From the NCBI GenBank assembly GCA_021793645.1, contig JAJYSJ010000003.1, positions 44,993 to 108,992 of the forward strand: a stretch of DNA of 64,000 bases, given 5' to 3'. This document shows positions 38,449-46,826 of the stretch, piece by piece. How positions within the stretch are numbered: the first letter of the stretch is position 1; the number at the start of each line of letters is the position of its first letter. The position numbers and the translations under genes are program-made. The DNA is from Bacillota bacterium (lineage in GTDB: Bacteria > Bacillota > Sulfobacillia > JAJZYS01 > JAJYTV01). The notes beneath the pieces are model-generated. The model saw only the letters and a list, made by a program, of their open reading frames with translations, searched no databases and had not been told where the DNA came from.

Positions 38449-39038
38449 GAATGCCACTTGACGACATCCTTCACAACTTGCGTGGCGCAACAGCTCGTAC
38501 GATTTCGCCGCCAGACCTCAACAAGATGCGCGCGGCGGCACTTGCCACGAAGAGGCGGCGAAGCCCCCGGCTCCCCTGGGCAGCCGGAGCGGCAGTGCTC
38601 GCCCTGGCGTTTGGGTTCGGCGGTGCGTTCCTGGCGCAGCACGGACTTCCCGCCGGGGAAAGGCAGGCTATGCTGAAGGTGCCGCAAGGGTTTTGGGCTC
38701 TCACACCGATTCAACAGAGGCCAACCACGTTTAGCATCTTCCCGCGTGCTCCCGGCTCGAAGGCTTGTGCGATCGATCAGGGCGGTCCCGCCACCCCGTC
38801 ATACAGGCCACTGCAAGGGGTCTGCACAACCGAGGTCCTTACCTTACAGCGGTATCTGGAGCGTTTCCCTGAAGCTCCCCACCCCGCCCACATCTGGCGT
38901 GCGGTGGTGCTCAACGAGCACTGGAAGGGGCCTGCCTCGCAAGGCCAGCATGCGGCGGCCTGGCTCTTCCTGCTCGACGAGCACGGCCAACTCCTGCACG
39001 TCGAGGTCATCGGCTTGCCGCCGCAAAACTGGCCTTGA
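38445..39038 (+). CDS. Single-pass membrane protein, putative anti-sigma partner
   Basis: Overlaps the ECF stop; one TM helix after a basic cytoplasmic N-terminus. Confidence 0.55.
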   Translation: MRMPLDDILHNLRGATARTISPPDLNKMRAAALATKRRRSPRLPWAAGAAVLALAFGFGGAFLAQHGLPAGERQAMLKVPQGFWALTPIQQRPTTFSIFPRAPGSKACAIDQGGPATPSYRPLQGVCTTEVLTLQRYLERFPEAPHPAHIWRAVVLNEHWKGPASQGQHAAAWLFLLDEHGQLLHVEVIGLPPQNWP

Positions 39039-39426
39039 CGCCTCATCGGCAAAATTCGGTAGCTACGGAGGGGGCGTGCGCCTTGCCTCTGCCTAAGCAG
39101 GCAGTGAATGACTGTGCACCCGCGCTGCGTTCCGCCAGCCCGAAGGATGCTCGCAATGCCGTGGTTGCGGGGACCGCTGATCAACAGTGCGGAGGAGCGA
39201 TGTGCGTACGGGCCGCGACCGTTCGTAGCGGCCGGCTCAAGGTGCTACATATTCTGGCGACGAAAATCACTTCCTAGCGCCATCTCCAGCAGATGGCCTT
39301 GGGACCAATGGCTGGCCTGTCCTACGGTACGATTCAGGTTGGGCCCGGCTGCGCTAGGCTCGCAATGTCGGGTAACCGCCGCGATTGCCATGGATGCGGA
39401 TGCTCCAGTAGACCAGGAGGCGCCAA

Positions 39427-40668
39427 GTGGGCATTCTCTCTCGCTACGCAGGATTTCGGTCACTTTGGATCGGGCAGTTGCTCTCGCAGTTCGGCAACGC
39501 CGTTTTCCTGATCATGGGTCTATGGGAGATCCAGCTGCGCTCACCGTTTCTTCTCTCGATCGCCGGCCTTGCAATGGTGATCCCGTCGCTGCTGGCGGCA
39601 GCAGGCGGGGTCCTCGTCGACCGCTACGATGCAGGCCGGATGATGCTGTACACGGACCTTTTGCGCGGATGCGCGGTCGCAGCCGGCATGGTCGCACTGC
39701 TCGTACCAGGGAGCCTTGTGGCCGTCGTTATCGTGCTCCTCGGAGTGAACAGCCTGGGGGCCGCGCTGTTCAGTCCGGGGGAAGCCATCATGATCCCGCG
39801 CCTTGTAACGGATGCGGACCTCACGGCCGCCAACGGCATATACAACCTCACGGCCCAGGCGTCCGGCGCAATCGGCTCGGCGATCGGTGGCGCCGCAATC
39901 GCCGGAATCGGAGCTATGTGGGTATTCGGTTTCGACATGGGGTCCTTCTGGATCTCTGCGCTCGCCATTGCGCTGATGCTTCGGACCCTGGCACCACAGC
40001 CGCACCTGCACGAGCAGACTTCAGGCGGGGAGCCGCACTCTAGCTTCTTTACAAGCATGCGCGACGGCATGGCTGCGGTGCGCAAACTCCCTGCCGTGAT
40101 CGAACTGCTGCCGATCGTGATCCTCACGAACTTCGCCTTCATGGCTGCCTTCACGATGTTGCCCTACTGGATCAACCACATACTGCACGCGAACGCTCTC
40201 TGGTACGGCCTGATCGATGCAGGTTGGGCAGTCGGTCTCGTGACCGGGAGCGTAACAGCCGGCTACCTGAGTCGTCTTTCCACGCGCACCGCCAGTACGC
40301 TGATGTTCGGTCTGGAAGCGCTACTGTTCGGCGCCTTCGCATTCTCGGGATCTGCGCTGCTGTCGGGCATCCTGCTCCTGCTGGGCGGCATCACGAACGG
40401 GATCGGCAACGCCGTGATGTTCACGCTGTTGCAGCGCCTCATCCCCGAGGCCGTGCGCGGACGGGCGTTCGGCCTCATCTTCACGCTGTTCGGCCTCGCG
40501 AACCCGCTGGGGGCACTGGCTGCGGGCGTCTTCCTGCACATCCTGCCGCCCTACTTGCCGTGGATCTTCGCCGCCCTCAGCACACTGGCGTTGGCGATCG
40601 GGATGTGGCGCGTCGTCCCCAACGATCTACCTGTGGCGCAGGAAACTCCCCACCCGTTGTCGGACTAG
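39427..40668 (+). CDS. MFS transporter (DHA3/MFS_3-like)
   Basis: FRSLWIGQLLSQFG, GVLVDRYD motif A, RGRAFG; about 12 TM segments. Confidence 0.9.
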   Translation: MGILSRYAGFRSLWIGQLLSQFGNAVFLIMGLWEIQLRSPFLLSIAGLAMVIPSLLAAAGGVLVDRYDAGRMMLYTDLLRGCAVAAGMVALLVPGSLVAVVIVLLGVNSLGAALFSPGEAIMIPRLVTDADLTAANGIYNLTAQASGAIGSAIGGAAIAGIGAMWVFGFDMGSFWISALAIALMLRTLAPQPHLHEQTSGGEPHSSFFTSMRDGMAAVRKLPAVIELLPIVILTNFAFMAAFTMLPYWINHILHANALWYGLIDAGWAVGLVTGSVTAGYLSRLSTRTASTLMFGLEALLFGAFAFSGSALLSGILLLLGGITNGIGNAVMFTLLQRLIPEAVRGRAFGLIFTLFGLANPLGALAAGVFLHILPPYLPWIFAALSTLALAIGMWRVVPNDLPVAQETPHPLSD

Positions 40669-40836
40669 GCAGTGAGAACCCTCCCATCCAGGTGGTCTGG
40701 GCGAATCACTCCGATCGGCTTACCATGGGATCGTGCGGCGGGCTCAGTTCGGTGCGCGCAGCCGCACGCCGCATGCCCTGAGTACATCAACGTGCGTGCG
40801 GATCTTCATACGCAACACTTTCGGAGGTGGATACGG

Positions 40837-41367
40837 ATGCCCAGGATCTTCCCCTTGCCGATCGACGGAGCACCCCAAGCGGCCAGGCCCGCGTTCGAGC
40901 GGTTCTTGCAAGAACGAGGCAATGTGCCGAACATGTTCCGCACGCTGGCCCGGCGGCCGGAAATGATGGAAACCCTATCGCAGCACCTGCACGCCGTGAC
41001 CTACACGGGCACCGTGCCGGTGCGCATCAAGGAGTCGCTCGCCGTCTACGTTTCGCTGCGCAACAGCTGTCGCTACTGACTGAACTCGCATTCCGCCTTG
41101 TTAAGGCGGACCGGTGTGACAGAGGAGTATCTCGATTCCCTGTTGGACTTCCGCGGTTCGGACCGATTCGATGCGCCCACCAAGGCAGCGCTGGCGCTCG
41201 CTGAACACATGACGGATCATCCCGACCGCGAGGTCGCAGATTCCCTCTTCTCGCTGCTGCGCAGCCAGTTCGACGAAGCCGAAATCCTCGAGCTTGCCGC
41301 AATGATCGGGCTCTTCCACTACACCAACCGTTTCAACAACGCCTTCGGCATCGAACCCACGATCTAG
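40837..41367 (+). CDS. AhpD/carboxymuconolactone-decarboxylase-like selenoprotein (C78-x-x-U81), 176 aa with readthrough
   Basis: Two track ORFs share a frame across TGA 41077 in SLRNSCRY[U]LNSH; hairpin 12 nt downstream; GGAGGTG RBS before ATG 40837. Confidence 0.85.
41092..41110 (+). promoter_or_regulatory. Candidate bacterial SECIS element
   Basis: TCCGCCTT-GTT-AAGGCGGA perfect 8-bp stem, with a loop G 21 nt after the UGA. Confidence 0.65.
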
Positions 41368-41424
41368 TCGATCCAACCACGGGACAGTGTCCTGTGACAG
41401 GAGCGGCCAGCGCGAAGGAGAAGG

Positions 41425-42519
41425 CTACTTGATGCCCGGAGGGATGACCCCGGCTGGCAAGAAGTCCGTGCCGTCTGGGTCGTTCAGATATCCTGGCGCG
41501 GTTCCCGCAACTCCCGTATGTCCATATTGCCAGACGATCTGGTTCGTCTTCGGGTCGATCACGATCACCCGGTTGTGGTCGTCATCGTTGACGACAACCA
41601 TGCCGTTCTTCAACTGGTAGGCCAGAGACGGGTTGTCCAAAGAACGCGGACCGCTTGGGAAGAAATAGTCCCAGAGAACCTTGCCGGTGGGCGTGATCTT
41701 CAGGATCTCCCCGGGGTTCGAGTAGTCGGCGACGATGATGTTCCCGTCCGGCGTAAAGTTTGCATCCGAAGGGTAGTTGATGTTCGCGTGCGGGAACGGG
41801 ACATGGATCGACCAGATAAGGGAACCGCTCTTCGACAATAGGTCGAGGTAGGATCCATCGATTTCCGTGACGAGCATGCCGCCGTTCGGACCGGGGAAAT
41901 CTCCGTTCGGTGCGGCGTACGTGGTCGGTGGGTTGTGCACCGACACGCCGTTCAGACCGTACTGCTTGATGATCTGGTGCGTCTTGCGATCGATGAACAG
42001 GATGCGCTGGTTGTGAATGTCCGCGACCGTGATGACACCGTTGCCGTTCTTGCCGGGGTACAGGAACGCGTCATCCGGCGTGTAGAGGTACCCGGGTGCA
42101 CTACTGCCAGGCCCGAAGTGCCCGTACGTCCAGACGATCTTGCGCTGCGCCATGTTCAGGATGGCGACCGTGTTGGAGCCTTCCTCGTTCGTGATGATCT
42201 CTCGATAGCCGCTCGTAAAGAACGCGTCATCCGGTCCGACGAAGGGGAAGTTCGTCTTTTCGCCAGGGTTCGGAAACTGCCAGACGATCTGCTTTTGCGG
42301 GTTGACGATCAGCAGGCGGTTGTTCGCGCGGTCGGCGATCAGGATGTCGCCAGGGAGATAGGGATTGCGTGTGTGGCTCTTCCAAGCGTACGGATCGGTA
42401 GTGGGCGGCTTTTTGGCGGTCGGCGCCTTGGCCACGCTGCCGCATCCGGCAACCGAGGCGGCAAGCAACAGGACTGCGCCGAACGCAGACGCGGATCTCG
42501 TTGACAATCCGAACTTCAC
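41425..42519 (-). CDS. Beta-propeller (NHL/PQQ-like) lipoprotein
   Basis: Lipobox VAGC; repeated PDDAF/PSDA/PSLA blades with ...IVWQY. Start likely GTG 42519. Confidence 0.75.
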   Translation of the reverse strand: MKFGLSTRSASAFGAVLLLAASVAGCGSVAKAPTAKKPPTTDPYAWKSHTRNPYLPGDILIADRANNRLLIVNPQKQIVWQFPNPGEKTNFPFVGPDDAFFTSGYREIITNEEGSNTVAILNMAQRKIVWTYGHFGPGSSAPGYLYTPDDAFLYPGKNGNGVITVADIHNQRILFIDRKTHQIIKQYGLNGVSVHNPPTTYAAPNGDFPGPNGGMLVTEIDGSYLDLLSKSGSLIWSIHVPFPHANINYPSDANFTPDGNIIVADYSNPGEILKITPTGKVLWDYFFPSGPRSLDNPSLAYQLKNGMVVVNDDDHNRVIVIDPKTNQIVWQYGHTGVAGTAPGYLNDPDGTDFLPAGVIPPGIK

Positions 42520-42628
42520 CCTTCCAGGGCAAGCATGCACACAGTATGGCGTTTATCGTCTGAAGACTCCATAAGTGAAACGCTGGCCTGCCTGCTCGCT
42601 GATGCCAGTGCGCTCCGAGCAGGCGCGG

Positions 42629-43369
42629 CTAGCCCAGCCCGAAATGCTCGCGCAGGCGGCGTGCATTCGCCCGGCTGACGGGTACTTCTTCGCGGCTGCC
42701 CTTCAGTCGCAGCGTGTAGGTGCCGTTGAAGAACGGCACGATCTCCGCAATAGCGTTCAGATTGACGATGTACCCGCGGTGGCAGCGGAAGAACTCCTGA
42801 TCGGGGAGCGTGTCCTGCAGGTCGGCCAAGGTGGCCCGCACCTGCAGGCGCCTTCCTTGGGTGACCAGAAACACCTGGTCCCCCTCCGCGACCAGATAGC
42901 TGACCTCCGCCAGCGGAACTGGGACGGCGCGGTCACCTTGGACTCCCGCGAGAAAGCGCGGCGCGGCCGGAGCTGGTGTGCCAACCAGGTCCTGCTGCGC
43001 TCCACCCCGCAAATGGCGCAGCCGCTCAAGCGTCTCCGCGAGGCGCTCCTTGGAGACCGGCTTCAGCAGATAGTCCACCGCGCCCAGTGAGAAGGCCGGC
43101 AGGGCGTGTGCGTCGTGCGCCGTGACGAAGACGACGTAGGGAGGCCGCAGTCTCCCCTGGTGGAGCTTCTGTGCAAGTTCAAGACCGCTCGCCGACGGCA
43201 TTTGGATGTCGAGGAACAGCACGTCGTACTCGACGGCACGGATCAGTTCCTGGGCCTCGCGCACGTTCGCCGCCTCCCCGATCACCTCGACATCCGGGTG
43301 GCGCTCCAATTGGTAGCGCAGCTCGGCACGGGCAGGCGGCTCGTCATCGACGATCAGGGCGCGCAGCAT
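42629..43369 (-). CDS. LytTR-family response regulator
   Basis: VDDEPPAR, FLDIQMP, YLLKP; LytTR FFRCHRGYIVN...PVSR. Confidence 0.93.
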   Translation of the reverse strand: MLRALIVDDEPPARAELRYQLERHPDVEVIGEAANVREAQELIRAVEYDVLFLDIQMPSASGLELAQKLHQGRLRPPYVVFVTAHDAHALPAFSLGAVDYLLKPVSKERLAETLERLRHLRGGAQQDLVGTPAPAAPRFLAGVQGDRAVPVPLAEVSYLVAEGDQVFLVTQGRRLQVRATLADLQDTLPDQEFFRCHRGYIVNLNAIAEIVPFFNGTYTLRLKGSREEVPVSRANARRLREHFGLG

Positions 43370-44478
43370 CAGTCTTCCTCCGGCAGTTCAAAGGGCAGGC
43401 GCACCAGCACCACAGTCCCCCGCCCCGGGCGGCTGCGCAGGCGAATCTGCCCGCGGCTGCCATAGAGCGCATGCAGCCGCTCATGGACGTTCGCGATGCC
43501 AAGTCCCATCCCCGTGCCTTCGTGCGGCAAGAAGAGGCGGCGCAGACGCGCGCGAGTGATGCCGACCCCGTCGTCGACTACCGCCATCTGCAATTCGACG
43601 CCGCGGCGGCGCAAGGAGACGAGAAGCTGCCCATGGCCGTCCTTGGGCGCAAGGCCGTGGACGATCGCGTTCTCCACGAGAGGCTGCAGAGCGAGGACGG
43701 GGATCAGGGCGGTCTCTACCCCCTGCTCCATCTGCAAGCGCACGGCAATCCGGTCACCGAAGCGAGCCTGCTCAAGGCGCAGGTACTGATGCACGAAGGC
43801 GAGTTCCTCGACGGCGCGGATCTTCTCACCGCGGTAGCTGATCGTATGGCGCAGAAATGCCGCGAGTTCCGTTAGCAGTTCGCGTGCGAGGTCCGGATCG
43901 AACCGGCTGGTGGCGATCACCGTATTCAGCGTGTTGAACAGGAAGTGCGGCCGAATCTGCGCCTGAAGCGCTTCCAGCCTAGCCTGCGCCAGCAGTTCCT
44001 TCTGGCGTTCCACTTCGGACAGTTCGGCCTGCAGCGAAAGGAGTTCCGAGATGCCGATCGCGAGGCGCGTCGCATAGCCGGGCATCGGGCCCGGGTGCTC
44101 GGCGTAGAGCTTGACCGTTCCGACGACCTCTCCTTGCACCTTGAGCGGTGCAATCACTGCTGCCTGCACGGCGCAGGGGCAGCCGGCGATGGGACAGTGC
44201 AGGTCCTGCTTGCGCTCGATGAGCGCGACTTCGCCTGTGCGCAGCACCTGCCGCGTTGCCTTCGTCTGGACCGGCTGGCCCGGCCGCATGTAAGGGCAGC
44301 CCGCACCCTCGTAGGCGAGGATGCGAGCGCTGTCGGTGATCGCCACCGCCTGCACGTGCGCGACGCCAAGCACGATGCGTGCGATGCGCTCCGCCGTCTC
44401 GCGCGTCAGCCCGGCCCAGTAGCCGCGTGCGGCGCGGATCGCCAGTGCGATGTCGAGCGGGCTCACGGGCTCGCCCAT
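43369..44478 (-). CDS. LytS/YehU-type histidine kinase lacking the membrane sensor (GAF plus kinase)
   Basis: LQAQIRPHFLFNTLN, LQPLVENAIVHG, DDGVG, GIANVHERL; no TM segment. Confidence 0.88.
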   Translation of the reverse strand: MGEPVSPLDIALAIRAARGYWAGLTRETAERIARIVLGVAHVQAVAITDSARILAYEGAGCPYMRPGQPVQTKATRQVLRTGEVALIERKQDLHCPIAGCPCAVQAAVIAPLKVQGEVVGTVKLYAEHPGPMPGYATRLAIGISELLSLQAELSEVERQKELLAQARLEALQAQIRPHFLFNTLNTVIATSRFDPDLARELLTELAAFLRHTISYRGEKIRAVEELAFVHQYLRLEQARFGDRIAVRLQMEQGVETALIPVLALQPLVENAIVHGLAPKDGHGQLLVSLRRRGVELQMAVVDDGVGITRARLRRLFLPHEGTGMGLGIANVHERLHALYGSRGQIRLRSRPGRGTVVLVRLPFELPEED

Positions 44479-44506
44479 GGCTCGGCCCCTTCCGCTACGT
44501 TTTCGT

Positions 44507-45694
44507 CTATTCTAGGGCGCCCCGCGCCCGGGGGAAAGACTCTTGGGATCCATCCGGCAGGAGCGCCTTCCGGTAGAGCGCCTCGATCTCCTCGGCGCCC
44601 GCCAGGCGCGGGTTGTGCTGTGGACTGCCGCTTCGTAGGGCGTCGCGCGCCATCTGCGGTGCAAGGCGCCCAAGCCGCGCATCATCGATGCCGAAGGAGG
44701 CAGGATCCGGCAGGCTGCAAGCGGTGCAGATCCGTGCCACTAGCTCTGTTGCCGCCGTGCTCTCCTCCCCGAGCGCCTGAGCGATGCGGGCATAGCGCTC
44801 CGGCGCGGCCGGCAGGTTGAACTCCACGACCGTTGCAAGCAGTAGCCCATTTGCCACGCCGTGCGGCACGCCGAAGCAGGCTCCCAGCGGTCGCGCCATG
44901 CCATGCACCAGAGCGACAGACGCATTGGAAAAGGCCATGCCTGCCTGGAGTGCCCCCAGCATCAGTTCACCCAAGTCCTCCGCTTGCGCCTCGCCCTTGG
45001 CGGCACGCGCGAGATGCGGCGCGAGATGTCTGATCGCCGCGAGCGCCAGGTCGTCCGTCAGGGGCTGCGCCGCGTCAGAGACGAACGCCTCGATCGCGTG
45101 CGTCAGGGCATCCACGCCGGCCCCCGCCGCGGCGGCCGGGGGCGCGGAGAGAAGGAGCTCGGGATCCAGGATGGCAGTCCGTGGAACCAGCAGCGGGCTG
45201 CCGATCAGCATCTTCACCTGCGACCCGTCGTCGCCCGGGCGGGTCACCACGGTGAAGCGCGTCACCTCGGAGCCGGTGCCGGCTGTCGTCGGAATGGCGA
45301 GGACGGGCAGTGCCGCGCGCACCTTGTCCTGCCCCTCGCAGTCTGTGATCGGAGACCGGGTCGCGAGCTGCACCGCGATGGCCTTCGCCGCATCGAGCGC
45401 GCTTCCCCCACCGATGCCGACGACGAGGTCCGCACCCAGCGTGCGCCCGACGAGCGTTCCCTCGTCGACATGAGAGACATGAGGCTCCGCCGAGATACCA
45501 CTGTAGGCTTCGGCCTGCAGTCCGGCCAAGCGAAGGAGGTCCACTGCCGCACCGGCGCGACCGAGAGCAGCCGTCTTGGGGCCGCTGACGACGAGGGCGC
45601 GGCGTCCGAGCCGCACTGCCTCTGCGCCTAGTTCGCGGATCCCGCCCTCGCCGAAGCGCAGGCGAGGAGGCAGAAGGAATGTGCGGGGAAGCAT
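44507..45694 (-). CDS. Iron-containing alcohol dehydrogenase
   Basis: GGGSALDAAK, PTTAGTGSEVT, DALTHAIE, HG...PHG Fe ligands. Confidence 0.92.
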   Translation of the reverse strand: MLPRTFLLPPRLRFGEGGIRELGAEAVRLGRRALVVSGPKTAALGRAGAAVDLLRLAGLQAEAYSGISAEPHVSHVDEGTLVGRTLGADLVVGIGGGSALDAAKAIAVQLATRSPITDCEGQDKVRAALPVLAIPTTAGTGSEVTRFTVVTRPGDDGSQVKMLIGSPLLVPRTAILDPELLLSAPPAAAAGAGVDALTHAIEAFVSDAAQPLTDDLALAAIRHLAPHLARAAKGEAQAEDLGELMLGALQAGMAFSNASVALVHGMARPLGACFGVPHGVANGLLLATVVEFNLPAAPERYARIAQALGEESTAATELVARICTACSLPDPASFGIDDARLGRLAPQMARDALRSGSPQHNPRLAGAEEIEALYRKALLPDGSQESFPRARGALE

Positions 45695-46563
45695 CAGCGC
45701 ATCTCCATTCCGCCAGAGATGTTGAGCGCCTGCCCCGTCATCCCGCGCGAAGCGTCGCTGACCAGGAAGAGTGCGAGGTCGGCAAACTCCTCCGCCTCCG
45801 GAATGCGGCGCAGCGCCGCCATGCGCACCATCTTGTCGCGGATCGCTTCAAAGGGGATGCCGCGGCGGTGCGCGCGTTCACGCCAGACGCGCTCGATGCG
45901 CTCACCCGCGATCGGTCCCGGGCAGATCGCGTTCACCCGGACGCCGTAGCGGCCCACCTCGTGCGCCAGGCTCTGCGTCAGACCGATGAGCGCCCACTTG
46001 GCTGCCGCATACGGCGTTCGGTAGGGATAGGCGCGCTTGCCGAAAATCGAAGACACGTTGAGGATATTTCCCCGGCCGCGCTGCATCATGCCAGGCAGCA
46101 CTGCCTTGGCGCAGAGAAATGCGCTGGTGAGGTCCACTGACAGGGTGCGCTCCCAGTCCTCCACGCTAATCTCGTGCAGGGGCGCGGTGGGGCCGGAGAC
46201 GCCAGCGTTGTTGACCAGGATGTCGACCTGGCCGAACTCCCGCAGGGCGCGATCGAAGAGTCGCTCCACCTGCTCTGGACTGCCTACGTCGGTCGGAACG
46301 GCGAGCGTCTCGACGCCGTGTTCTTTCAGGGACGAGGCTGCGTTCGCCAAGGACTCCTCGCTGCGCGCGGCCAGCACGAGGTGCGCTCCCTCTCGGGCGA
46401 ATGCAGCCGCCGCGGCGAGACCGAGACCCCCGTTCCCACCTGTGATCACCGCAACCCGATCCTGTAGCCGCAATCGCGGTGCGCTCGCTACGCCCTCGCC
46501 CAGTTCCACTTCCTCCCGCGGCAGGGGCACAGCCTCCAGGACTTCCCACTCGCCCATCGCCAC
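45694..46563 (-). CDS. SDR oxidoreductase resembling the N-terminal domain of malonyl-CoA reductase
   Basis: TGGNGGLG, NNAG, NVSSIF...YPYRTPYAAAK, RVNAICPGPI.GERI, GMEM end. Confidence 0.85.
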   Translation of the reverse strand: MAMGEWEVLEAVPLPREEVELGEGVASAPRLRLQDRVAVITGGNGGLGLAAAAAFAREGAHLVLAARSEESLANAASSLKEHGVETLAVPTDVGSPEQVERLFDRALREFGQVDILVNNAGVSGPTAPLHEISVEDWERTLSVDLTSAFLCAKAVLPGMMQRGRGNILNVSSIFGKRAYPYRTPYAAAKWALIGLTQSLAHEVGRYGVRVNAICPGPIAGERIERVWRERAHRRGIPFEAIRDKMVRMAALRRIPEAEEFADLALFLVSDASRGMTGQALNISGGMEMR

Positions 46564-46826
46564 GCCTATTCCCTCCCGCCGGTCCTCGGTCTTGTCATCC
46601 GTAGCCTAGGAGACCAAAACGCCGCCGCCAACGGGCGGACGGCGAACGGGCGGTAGCGGGCGGTGGACGGCATCACCGCGGCAGTGGATGGAACGCAGCG
46701 CACTTTTCGACCGGCCGTCACCCGAGATGACGCTTCACCGGCGTCTGCCCCCCGCTTGCCGGCTTGGCGTTCCCTCCGATGGCATGCCGTGATATGTTGC
46801 GGGCAAGTGTAAGGAGGTGGGCATCC

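Noticed and set aside
46630-46663. A(A/G)CGGGCGG repeats as a LytTR operator
   Set aside because: Spacings of 15 and 10 bp do not match the ~21-22-bp LytTR period, and such repeats are likely by chance at high GC.
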